A DNA stretch of 64,000 nucleotides from Firmicutes bacterium ADurb.Bin193. GTDB taxonomy: Bacteria > Bacillota > Clostridia > Monoglobales > Firm-18. The position numbers were made by a program, and so were the translations under genes. Numbering within the stretch: the stretch's first letter is position 1; every line of letters starts with the position of its first letter. Shown here piece after piece: positions 44,103-52,947 of this stretch. Where the stretch lies: assembly GCA_002070105.1 (NCBI GenBank), contig MWCQ01000003.1:143101-207100 (forward strand), written 5' to 3'. Below the pieces are notes generated by a model. The model ran no database searches. It was not told where the DNA came from and saw only the letters and a program-made list of their open reading frames with translations.

Positions 44103-46088
44103 TTAATAAACTACAATGGAATTTTCCATTCCACCGGCGTTGCCTGTGGGTAGGATAATATCTACAATTATTCCTACGCCATTATATCCTCCAACTCCTT
44201 CGGCAGAAGTAAAAAAGAACGTATCCAATACCTTTGAGGAATTTTCACCCTTATACATAGCAATATAGTTTCCTTCAGGGTCACTTGGGTTTCTAAGGAC
44301 TATTACATTATTTGAACTCGTTTCTAAATTGAAATTAATAAAACGTTGGTATTCGCTATAATTATAAACCTCGTAATTGTACCTTGTGATCACCCCATAA
44401 TTAGCTAGGTTGGAAGAATCAAAGACATTACTGCTTCCGTTATAAAATCCTTGAGCTGGATTGTATATAAGATTGGGTCGCGGCAGAACAAAATTCGGGT
44501 CACTGGTTGAACTACGATAATTCGGATACCGAAATGTATCGCTATGGAATACATCAAACTTCCACGTGCCATCTTTTGCCCCGCTAAATGAATTTCCATA
44601 TGCCTCATATTTTGTAGGATCATTATACCTAAATTTTAAAATATCAGATTGCGCTCCATGATCAGCATAATACCTGTCATTTTGAGGGTTAATTTGAGTT
44701 TTCCACCAATCAACCTTCACACCACCACGTTCAAACTCGTTAAATACGATAACAGGCAATCTTGAATTATAAGAATTATCATCATTAAATGCCATAATCA
44801 GCCTTGTTTCAACCAATGGTAAAGTGTTCGCAATCCCCTTATATTGATAATCCTTATAATATGGTGCTTTGACATTCGGGTCTTCTCCCGCTCTATAATC
44901 ACTAAAACGATTGCTTAATCCGCCTCCATTATCTTTTACTGCAGCAATGTTAACCTCTATACCTTTTGAATTTACTATTTTGAATTTTAGTACCATGTAC
45001 ATAACATGTGCGTTTGGTACAGAGGTATACACTCCGCTGGTAAACACATCCCCCGCCCAAAGTGAAGCATTTTCCGAAAAGTTATGTATATATTTTGTGG
45101 TTGAGTTTTTGGTGCGCAAAACAGGTTGTGGAGTGTAGGGATTGTTTATTGTCAAATCATAAATTGTCATTTTGCTATAATTTGCATACGCTTGAATGCA
45201 AGCATAACTCATGGGTTCGCCAGAATACGGGTCCACTTTTCCTGTAGGTATATAAAATGCCGCTGATTCTATCTCGATTGTTGCTGTACCATACGGATCA
45301 TAGAATTGTACATCCACGTAAATTGGGAAACTATTATCATAGTAAATATCAGACCCATCTTGCAAATCTATTCCCATAGATGTATTGTTGTTATGAGAAA
45401 CCATCATCTCGTATTCCCCATTACCCAGGCCTTTTTCATGCATGAGCAATCTTGGACCGTAAGGGTTATTGCCATCTGCTAAATCTGCTCTTGTTATCCC
45501 CTCTCTGTTATTGCAATAAATGTACTTGCCACCACCAGCTTCTTGAAAAAACAATGGAGTCGCTTGCCCTTGATACAATCCGTCAACACGCATAGCAATT
45601 GGATTTAAGCAAACATAATCATAGTTGCTGTTTATTGCCCAATAAGCACATGCGAAGTCTGTTCCGTTTGGAGCTTTTACCTTATAATCAATAATAAGAA
45701 CATCTCCGTTCTGACCTTTTGCAGCAACGGTTACAGGATCACACCACTGGAAGTATGTAGTTTGCAATTCCCCAATACTATCATATTCTCCCCATAGAAC
45801 AAGAGGTTCAAAGGTAATGGTTGAGGAGGTTTTGTTTTTGAAGAATACCTTTACATTGTTAGTCCCGTATTTCAACACACCACCTGTGTTCTTTCCGTCG
45901 TGTGTCACCTGATAATTCATATCAATTTGATCGAGTCCGCCTAAACCCGCTGTCACAATATTCAAACCTTCTACTTCTGCTTGATATGTATCTCTTTTTT
46001 CTTGGTACGTCTCGGTGATAGATTCGTCAATATCAATTGACTCACTGTCTGATGTTACCTCAGTTGCATCATCCTTTTCTTCATCCAA
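44103..46088 (-). CDS. P4: large Asn/Tyr/Gly-rich protein of unknown function, no signal peptide seen
   Basis: 661-aa ORF. The only start upstream of residue 57 is TTG 46088, which has no RBS and overlaps the P3 stop by 8 nt. Acidic N-terminus. No motif recognised. Confidence 0.75.
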   Translation of the reverse strand: MDEEKDDATEVTSDSESIDIDESITETYQEKRDTYQAEVEGLNIVTAGLGGLDQIDMNYQVTHDGKNTGGVLKYGTNNVKVFFKNKTSSTITFEPLVLWGEYDSIGELQTTYFQWCDPVTVAAKGQNGDVLIIDYKVKAPNGTDFACAYWAINSNYDYVCLNPIAMRVDGLYQGQATPLFFQEAGGGKYIYCNNREGITRADLADGNNPYGPRLLMHEKGLGNGEYEMMVSHNNNTSMGIDLQDGSDIYYDNSFPIYVDVQFYDPYGTATIEIESAAFYIPTGKVDPYSGEPMSYACIQAYANYSKMTIYDLTINNPYTPQPVLRTKNSTTKYIHNFSENASLWAGDVFTSGVYTSVPNAHVMYMVLKFKIVNSKGIEVNIAAVKDNGGGLSNRFSDYRAGEDPNVKAPYYKDYQYKGIANTLPLVETRLIMAFNDDNSYNSRLPVIVFNEFERGGVKVDWWKTQINPQNDRYYADHGAQSDILKFRYNDPTKYEAYGNSFSGAKDGTWKFDVFHSDTFRYPNYRSSTSDPNFVLPRPNLIYNPAQGFYNGSSNVFDSSNLANYGVITRYNYEVYNYSEYQRFINFNLETSSNNVIVLRNPSDPEGNYIAMYKGENSSKVLDTFFFTSAEGVGGYNGVGIIVDIILPTGNAGGMENSIVVY

Positions 46089-47388
46089 ATCGCCGCTTGG
46101 AAATGATAAGGGTACTTATACCCGAAGTAGTAACGCTGTAAGATGTAGATAACGGAATATGACTGCTGTTGTAAACACTGGAACCCTGCCAAATAAAGAT
46201 TTTAAGCGTATGCCCGTTCACATTGGATGGTAATTGCATTTCAGTATGCTGTACCTGTTGCTGGTTTGGTGCGTATACATATCCCATCCCGCATGAACGG
46301 ACGATTTCTCCGCTCGAATTGTAAAGAATGAAATCCACAAATATTTCCTGAGAATTTGTAGAGTCGTTGTTTTTAATCGTGAAATCTGCACCAAACGTAG
46401 CGTTAGCCGCCAAATTATTACGGCTGAATGTACTTGATACAGTAGCGGCCGGTGGAATATTCTCGGCAACTGTAGCTTCGATTTTATTAATGATTGCTTC
46501 GCTTCCAAATGTACCGCAAACAGGAATTCTGCTATCTGCTTGGTTGATAACATACTGATAACCTTTATCGGAAAGTGGCAGGGTCAAGCTGTACGAGAAA
46601 GTTCCACCTGATGCCGTGTTTACCTGCCCAACATTAACTAATGTTCCTACTTGGTCATAAATGGAAATGCCTACTTTTTTACTGCTTGTCGTGCCAAGTT
46701 TTCCGGAAAAGGAAACAGAATTTGTTCCGCTTGTTGTAACTTTTACTTTCTTAATATATACGCTTGCAGTACCCGTTTGACGAGCTTTAGAGCCTATTTT
46801 TATGTAATATGTCTGTCCTGAAGTCAAGGTTTGCGCTATAGTTACATCCTTTTTATATTCTAAGTTATCCTCATAAACCAATATGTTGTTATCACTGTCA
46901 AGTATTGTTCCAAAAGGTAAAATGTTTCCGGAAAGTTCAATAAAATATGTAGCTGTTTCCGTTGGCGTAAACTTATAATAAGCATAACCTCCAACATACG
47001 CAATATTGGCAGTAGCTGATGTTGTCAAAGAAAGTGCTGTTACCGTACTGTCGTCGGTTGAAACCGCAATCATAAAACTATATACGCCTATTGTTGTGCT
47101 GGTTAACTTAAGGGTGTATACTTCATTCCTTGACAAATATGCCGAGAGTTTATTTGTAGACGACATATTATTTTTAGTTGCAAATGCGATAGTTGGATTA
47201 CTGCTATGGTAAAGGCTTCCGCTCATCCCTGTCCCAGTAGGGACAGAAATTTCATAATTACCATCTTGCGGAACAGTAAAATCGTAACTGTGCAGCTGTC
47301 CGCTCGTTTGGATCGTATTATTGTATATAGTATCAAGCATAATAATATTACTGTCATAAGGCGTGGCGAAAGGCGTCAATGTGTCCAT
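46081..47388 (-). CDS. P3: protein with PPC (pre-peptidase C-terminal)-like beta-sandwich repeats, no signal peptide
   Basis: 435 aa. Repeats of the type HSYDFTVPQDGNYEISV...SLY and YYKFTPTETATYFIELSGN...ILDSDNNILVYED...GQTYYIKI. The C-terminal module ends HTLKIFIWQ. Confidence 0.75.
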   Translation of the reverse strand: MDTLTPFATPYDSNIIMLDTIYNNTIQTSGQLHSYDFTVPQDGNYEISVPTGTGMSGSLYHSSNPTIAFATKNNMSSTNKLSAYLSRNEVYTLKLTSTTIGVYSFMIAVSTDDSTVTALSLTTSATANIAYVGGYAYYKFTPTETATYFIELSGNILPFGTILDSDNNILVYEDNLEYKKDVTIAQTLTSGQTYYIKIGSKARQTGTASVYIKKVKVTTSGTNSVSFSGKLGTTSSKKVGISIYDQVGTLVNVGQVNTASGGTFSYSLTLPLSDKGYQYVINQADSRIPVCGTFGSEAIINKIEATVAENIPPAATVSSTFSRNNLAANATFGADFTIKNNDSTNSQEIFVDFILYNSSGEIVRSCGMGYVYAPNQQQVQHTEMQLPSNVNGHTLKIFIWQGSSVYNSSHIPLSTSYSVTTSGISTLIISKRRFG

Positions 47389-47394
47389 ATCATC

Positions 47395-47898
47395 CTAAAT
47401 CATAATTTTAAGCTTGTGTCCAGTAACAACCGAATCAAACTGCATATTCAGAGTGTAAGTGGAGTCGGAATTAATACTGCCTGTCCCGCTTATTGCTTCA
47501 ACCGACATTTTAACAAGTTTACCAGTGCCATCGTAAACTGCGGCAATCATCTTTGCAGGAGTCACATCGGACACTTTTTTCGTCACGATAATTTGGTAGA
47601 GTGTTCCATTTGCCGTAATATTGTTGGTAACAATACCCGCCGCATTCTTTAGAATAACAGATTTTACTGCAAAATTCGGATTTTCTATGTATGTAACCGA
47701 ATTATATAATTCTATTTCATTTCCTTCTAACGTAATTATTTCGCTTGATTCCACAACATCTTTTGAGGCATCAGCAATTTTACTTTCATTAAGCTGAATC
47801 AAAACCTCTTCGTCACTCGCAAACACGCCAATCGGCAATATTGTAGAGAATAATGTAATTCCGATAATTAAAGCCAACATTCTGTTTATATATCTCAT
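47395..47898 (-). CDS. P2: small secreted beta-rich protein
   Basis: 167 aa with a signal peptide (MLALIIGITLFSTILPIGVFA). The C-terminus, GHKLKIMI, resembles the end of P3. Confidence 0.75.
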   Translation of the reverse strand: MRYINRMLALIIGITLFSTILPIGVFASDEEVLIQLNESKIADASKDVVESSEIITLEGNEIELYNSVTYIENPNFAVKSVILKNAAGIVTNNITANGTLYQIIVTKKVSDVTPAKMIAAVYDGTGKLVKMSVEAISGTGSINSDSTYTLNMQFDSVVTGHKLKIMI

Positions 47899-47944
47899 TT
47901 ATTCTGCCCTCCATTATATATAAACTACATTTAATTTTCAAGCA

Positions 47945-48973
47945 TCACTTTTTCAATTTATCCTTGATTTTATCCCAAACATTTTCTGGTATGTTGTTGC
48001 CATTTGGCGGTATATTTGTGCTACCCTCAATTGGTTTATAAACATCATTAAAATTGGGATGTTCGACCTTTTGAGTTTCATTCGTGCCTTTTTCAAGCTC
48101 GCTATTCGGGATTTTCAAGTATATTGCAGGAAGGAAATCCTCAGGCAGCACAATTTCACCATCCGTTTTAAGGTCATAATCATCCCTCACGCCAATGGTA
48201 GTCCAGGTTATGTAGCCGTATTTAGCCAAATCCTCAACAGTGTATCCATTTGGAAAAGATGCCATAAAACCATTTTCTGTTTTTCTCGCGGGGAAATGGA
48301 GGTATGTATGAAGCGGGTCAGATGAATCAGGGAAATCACTGTGTTCGCTTGAATTTACAGTTTTGCTTTCTCCACTAGGAGCAATTTTCCCAAGCGTAAT
48401 AATATATTGAAGTATTTTCCCGCTATCATCATATGGTTTGCCATCGATAATTTTACATTTCAAAGTTGCATCTCTAAATTTCACATCAACAAATTTATTG
48501 CTGATACCAATATAATCATTTCCGGTTTTCGTATCGATAAATGTTAGAGGAGAAATGGTTTTTATAGGACTATTTATAATTACTGATGTAATTTCGTTTG
48601 TTTCTTCATTGGTTGTAACGCTGATATTTTCAACTCTGCCAACTTCTTGAGTAGAGGTTAATGCATTAACGGCCTCATCATCAGGGTATACAATTGACAA
48701 AGCGATTTTATCATCGCCATCTTTCGGCAAATAATACGCTTCCGTTATTCGTATTCCTAAATCCTTTGGGTTTATAATATCGCCGTTTTCAGTGACTATA
48801 TTGTCTAAAGATATTGATGGTGAATTTGCCCTAAAATCATCAATGATTGGAATAATAATATTTTTGAAAAATTCCATTGCATATCCTGCAGTGAATAAAC
48901 CAAATACTATAATGCCAATGAATATAGCCACAAATTTTTCAAGCTTACTTTTTTTATTCTCCTTATTTCTCAT
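47945..48973 (-). CDS. P1: N-terminally membrane-anchored extracellular protein, unknown function
   Basis: 342 aa with a Lys-rich N-terminus and one TM helix (FVAIFIGIIVFGLFTAGYA). RBS AAAGGAGG. Confidence 0.75.
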   Translation of the reverse strand: MRNKENKKSKLEKFVAIFIGIIVFGLFTAGYAMEFFKNIIIPIIDDFRANSPSISLDNIVTENGDIINPKDLGIRITEAYYLPKDGDDKIALSIVYPDDEAVNALTSTQEVGRVENISVTTNEETNEITSVIINSPIKTISPLTFIDTKTGNDYIGISNKFVDVKFRDATLKCKIIDGKPYDDSGKILQYIITLGKIAPSGESKTVNSSEHSDFPDSSDPLHTYLHFPARKTENGFMASFPNGYTVEDLAKYGYITWTTIGVRDDYDLKTDGEIVLPEDFLPAIYLKIPNSELEKGTNETQKVEHPNFNDVYKPIEGSTNIPPNGNNIPENVWDKIKDKLKK

Positions 48974-49156
48974 TTCAGAAGCCTCCTTTTAACTTCTATA
49001 TTGCTGCTTTTCCTCGGGATACAGTAGCCTAACAAGATGTAGTGTATTAACCATTACACCTATTAACACCTCCCATCTAAATATATTACACAATTAAGCA
49101 TTGACAATTTTATGGTCATATATTATAAATGTATAAAATCCTACATTATATGGATA

Positions 49157-49185
49157 ATTATAACATGAACAAATAATTAAGTCAA
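49157..49185 (-). promoter_or_regulatory. consensus promoter of the P1-P5 operon
   Basis: Minus strand TTGACT (49185-49180), 17 nt spacer, TATAAT (49162-49157). This leaves a 5' UTR of about 175 nt. Confidence 0.55.
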
Positions 49186-49234
49186 TGTTAGTCAAATTAC
49201 TGTGGTGTGCGCAAAAAGGATACCAATACAGAAA

Positions 49235-49651
49235 TCATAAATCCTTCGTCAGATGAAATGAAAAGCTTGTTATATTCTCTTTTTCAAAATGCACATCCAC
49301 TCCGGCCTCTCTTAATTTCCGAATTGTTGTTAAAAGAAAAATAGTGTTTCTGGCAAAACGGGAAATTGACTTTGTAATAATCAAATCTATTTCGCCGTTA
49401 TATGCCTTCTTAAGCATTTCATTAAGTCCGGGGCGGCTTTCGCTCAAACCTGACACACCGGTATCCGAATATACACCGCAAAACTCATAATTTGAATTTC
49501 TTAATATGTACCGGGTGTAATATTCTATTTGATTTTCCAAAGAGTTTATTTGCAAATCGTGTTTTGTGGATACCCTGACATAGGCGCAAACCCTCTTTTT
49601 CCGCCACGGAAGTTTATTATTTGCTGTTACTTGGACATTTCTTTTTTGCAT
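49235..49651 (-). pseudogene. large serine recombinase, N-terminal catalytic fragment only
   Basis: 138 aa. Contains VCAYVRVSTKHDLQINSLENQ (catalytic Ser) and ITKSISRFARNT. It diverges and stops after FEKENITS; the recombinase and zinc-ribbon domains are missing. Confidence 0.8.
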
Positions 49652-50288
49652 GACTTTTTACCTCGCAATCTATATTCCGCATAAGCTCTGTGCCATCCCG
49701 AAATATGAACAGTACCTTATCTTCGGAAATCACCTTCACAACATTTATAACTGCCTGCCACACCATGTCATCAAATTGGTCGAGCGGGTTTTGGTGTTTT
49801 TGCAGTTCCTTTAAAAACCCTGTAATCTGCAGCCTCTTGGCCGCACATTTGTTTATTTTTGAAATTACCTGTTCCTGCTGCTGTTGCAGCTTCTCATGGC
49901 GTTTTACATATTCATTATATTTTTCATCATAATCCTTTTTATCGATTATAGTCTGTGCATTGGCTGAAATAAGCCTTTCTATGAGGACATTGATCTCTTC
50001 GCATTGTTTGTCGAGTTCTTCCAGTTGCATCACATAGGCGCTGTCATCGGTTATGGCGTCTAGTATAAGGTTGTAGTTTTCGATAATCTCGTCTTTATTG
50101 TCTACGATGCTGTTGAAGGCTTCAACAAACGCCTTTTTGATTGCGTTTTCTTTTAAGGTCGGAGTTGTGCAATATTTTCTTTTCGTAAATTTATTGTTGC
50201 AGTGCCATACAAACGTTTCATACTTGCTGCCTGCATGCCACACCTTCCTTCCGTAAAAACCACCACACCCTCTTGAAACCGCGATTTC
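49617..50288 (-). pseudogene. large serine recombinase, C-terminal fragment only
   Basis: The frame is open from 50288 (..AVSRGCGGFYGRKVWHAGSKYETFVWHCNNKF). It encodes a zinc-ribbon, a coiled coil and a DUF4368-like tail (FDDMVWQAVINVVKV). The catalytic domain is absent. It overlaps the next recombinase start, as in tandem recombinase sets. Confidence 0.75.
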
Positions 50289-50484
50289 TCACGCGAAGCC
50301 CCGCGCCCGATCTGGGGTGAAAGATGGTAGAAATTTAGCCCCCCTACCCCTAAACTTGCAAAAAATCTCTAAAACTTATCACTTCTTTGAATTTCGTGAG
50401 ATTTTTTGCATATATTTTAAGCCGTTTGCGGCATTGTTTTCAAATTGAGATATATACCCTTAGAAAAAAGGTGAACTATTAAAT

Positions 50485-51174
50485 TTATCTATCTGTCAAA
50501 CGAACAATCTGACAATTGACCATTACCCTGTCGAGTAGTGTCTGGCAAAGGTGCTTGTCCTCTACTGCATCTATCCACGCAGATATTTCACGATTGGTAA
50601 TAAAAATTATACTTCTGGTTTCATTCAGAAATGAAATCGCTCGATAAAATGATTGCAGCTCTGCTCTGGTAGGTTCAACATAGAATACATCATCGATAAT
50701 AATTAAGTCACATTCTTTCATATAAGAAAAAGTTGTCTCTGCTTTGGTGTACGTATCTTTTTCTTCTGCTACGGATATAAATGTTTCAAAGGGAACATAG
50801 TAGGTTTTATATCCATTGTTAATAGCCCTCTCTCCAAGCTGAACCGCAAGGCTTGTTTTGCCTGTCCCGCATTTACCCAGCAAGATTATGTTTTGTTCCT
50901 CGTCAACCCACGTTAATTGGTATAGCTGTTTTATCTGCCATTTCAAACCTTTGTTTAAATTGGACTCATCAAATACTTTGTTTGGAAGCTTGCTTGCCTT
51001 TCTCATCTTTATATGTTTTTGTCTGACTCGTAGCTCCAGTTCTTTTTCTAAGACCATCTTAAGATAATCGAGATTGGATAATCTCTCATCATTTAAATCT
51101 ATGTGTCCCTTCGCAACATTCCATAGATTCAGCCTTTGAGCCAGCTCTCGGATTTCTGTTATATCAGCCATCAA
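50485..51174 (-). CDS. istB: IS21-family helper ATPase IstB
   Basis: 229 aa. Walker A LLGKCGTGKTS and Walker B LIIIDDV. Confidence 0.92.
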   Translation of the reverse strand: MMADITEIRELAQRLNLWNVAKGHIDLNDERLSNLDYLKMVLEKELELRVRQKHIKMRKASKLPNKVFDESNLNKGLKWQIKQLYQLTWVDEEQNIILLGKCGTGKTSLAVQLGERAINNGYKTYYVPFETFISVAEEKDTYTKAETTFSYMKECDLIIIDDVFYVEPTRAELQSFYRAISFLNETRSIIFITNREISAWIDAVEDKHLCQTLLDRVMVNCQIVRLTDR

Positions 51175-52630
51175 TTTCCCTCCTTATTTCTTTACATCGT
51201 GTTAAGTGGTTAAAGTACTGTTGTGTCGGCAAAAACTTTCTCGCTATGTGCTCGCCATGCTTATACATAAGATAAGCCAAAAGCTCATATGCATTACAGC
51301 GATTACTTTTTATGCAGTATTGTATCCCTTCCAGCAATTGCTCCATGGTGTAAAACTTCGTCATACGATTTAAGCGAATACAATGGGTATTAAAATATTT
51401 TGGTCGTTCCTGTTCCATCCGTTGAATAAATTCCAATGCAATTTCATGTCCTGCAAAATATTGTTTTATAAGAGCAAGCGAAACTCTGTTCTCTATATTA
51501 CTTTCTTCAGCCTTAAACAATTGGCCGGTTTCTTCTGTTGCGGGATACTTTGCCAATAATTCATTGGTTTCCGTATCATAGAACAGGATAATCTCGCCAT
51601 CATCTTCAATACGAATACGTTTATGTGCATCCATAATTCCTACATCTACCTGATACCGGTTCCCTTTATACCTAATAACTCCGCTTGTATCAAAAGATGC
51701 TACAGTGCTTGATACCTCAAAGTATGGCTTAACATGAATTAAATGCTTTTGTTCTTCCATAAACATTTCTCGGGGTATTTTCTTCGTAATGGTATGTATT
51801 CTACCGTTGCCTTCTCTATCCAACCATGCAAGAGCGGCACTGTTAAGGCTGTCAATTCCGGTATAGATTCTGCCTTCCAGAAAACTTTGCTTCACATATC
51901 CGACAACTTCTTCTATCTTCCCTTTGCTTTGGGGATCCCTCGGCCTGCATAGCGAAACGCTGTAACCTACGCGCCTCACATATTCTTCAAATTCCGGCAC
52001 AAATATGATATTTCCTAAATTTTCGCTGACGATATATACCCTATCAAGATCATATAGGATTGTCTGCGGTCTCCCTCCGAAGTATTTAAAAGCATAATTG
52101 TGGGCTTTGATAGCCTTTTTTGTTGTGAATGGATCAGGCGAAAAGTATACAAATTTCATTCTGCTGTAACTTAAAACCATACAGAAGAAATATACCCGTA
52201 CAATCCGTCCATACATATCTTTAAGTTTATATTGTCCGAAGTCCGCCTGTGCCTCATATCCCGGAGGCAACACTTCTCTTGGAGAGATTGTCCTCGTACG
52301 CTGATACCCATGCTGTTCTCTTAAGGCTTTCATGTAGCGGTAGAAGGTAGCACGTTTAACTTGCAAATCCGGAAAAGCTTCCGTTAATTTTAGATAGATG
52401 TTAGTATCTCGAATTTGTGGGCATAACTTCAATTGCTCCAATATGTACTGGCGGTAATTATCCATATGATGCCTTTCCTGCTCAGCCGCTTTTGCGTAAT
52501 CTTCTTTGCTCATGCTCCAGTACTTACAAACAGAACTGTAGGTGATTCCCAACACCTTTGAAGTTTTTGTACGTGTTAAACCAAGCTCTTTATATTCCTG
52601 AATTTTTTGGTATTGCTCAATACCGATCAT
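51164..52630 (-). CDS. istA: IS21-family transposase IstA
   Basis: 488 aa with an N-terminal HTH and a DDE integrase core (QADFG..., ILYDLDRV). Confidence 0.9.
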   Translation of the reverse strand: MIGIEQYQKIQEYKELGLTRTKTSKVLGITYSSVCKYWSMSKEDYAKAAEQERHHMDNYRQYILEQLKLCPQIRDTNIYLKLTEAFPDLQVKRATFYRYMKALREQHGYQRTRTISPREVLPPGYEAQADFGQYKLKDMYGRIVRVYFFCMVLSYSRMKFVYFSPDPFTTKKAIKAHNYAFKYFGGRPQTILYDLDRVYIVSENLGNIIFVPEFEEYVRRVGYSVSLCRPRDPQSKGKIEEVVGYVKQSFLEGRIYTGIDSLNSAALAWLDREGNGRIHTITKKIPREMFMEEQKHLIHVKPYFEVSSTVASFDTSGVIRYKGNRYQVDVGIMDAHKRIRIEDDGEIILFYDTETNELLAKYPATEETGQLFKAEESNIENRVSLALIKQYFAGHEIALEFIQRMEQERPKYFNTHCIRLNRMTKFYTMEQLLEGIQYCIKSNRCNAYELLAYLMYKHGEHIARKFLPTQQYFNHLTRCKEIRREIDG

Positions 52631-52831
52631 TTTGTTTCCCCCTTTATATTATTCAATTATGATTATTTGTATCAGCAATCATAGGCATCACCTCCTTAAA
52701 ACTCAAATTAATTTTTTATATAATAACACATAAACTTGCCTAACTAGAATAGTAATGGTAATAAATTTGAGCAGCAAATGTTACATAAGTGCTGTATATC
52801 CCGAAAAACTATCAAAAGGGAGCGAATTTAA

Positions 52832-52928
52832 AAAGGCACTATTGAAAACCACCACATTGGTAGATTCAATAATGCCTTTGGGATAGTACATCTGTTTCAA
52901 AACTTATCACTTTCATCAGCGTGAGCAG
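52832..52928 (+). pseudogene. inverted, silent hsdS 3'-end remnant
   Basis: The plus strand encodes ..IENHHIGRFNN.. followed by (K)LITFHQREQ*. Compare EQKQIGDFFKYIDNLITLHQREQ in the half-hsdS. It is broken by frameshifts and truncated upstream beside the IS21. Confidence 0.5.
52903..52927. repeat. inverted repeat arm 1 (hsdS conserved region)
   Basis: CTTATCACTTTCATCAGCGTGAGCA equals the reverse complement of 53908-53932 (CTTATCACCCTTCATCAGCGTGAGCA), except that CC is replaced by T. Confidence 0.85.
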
Positions 52929-52947
52929 TGAGATAGATGTGATAAGA

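Larger units (their letters stand above)
50416..52785 (-). mobile_element. IS21-family insertion sequence (boundaries approximate)
   Basis: istA and istB overlap by 11 nt. Candidate imperfect terminal repeats, read from outside to inside, are TTTAAGCCGTTTGCGGCATTGTTTTCAAATTGAG (from 50416) and TGTAACATTTGCTGCTCAAATTTATTACC (reverse complement from 52785). A possible TAAG target duplication lies at 50418 and 52786. The implied length of about 2.37 kb fits IS21. Confidence 0.45.
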
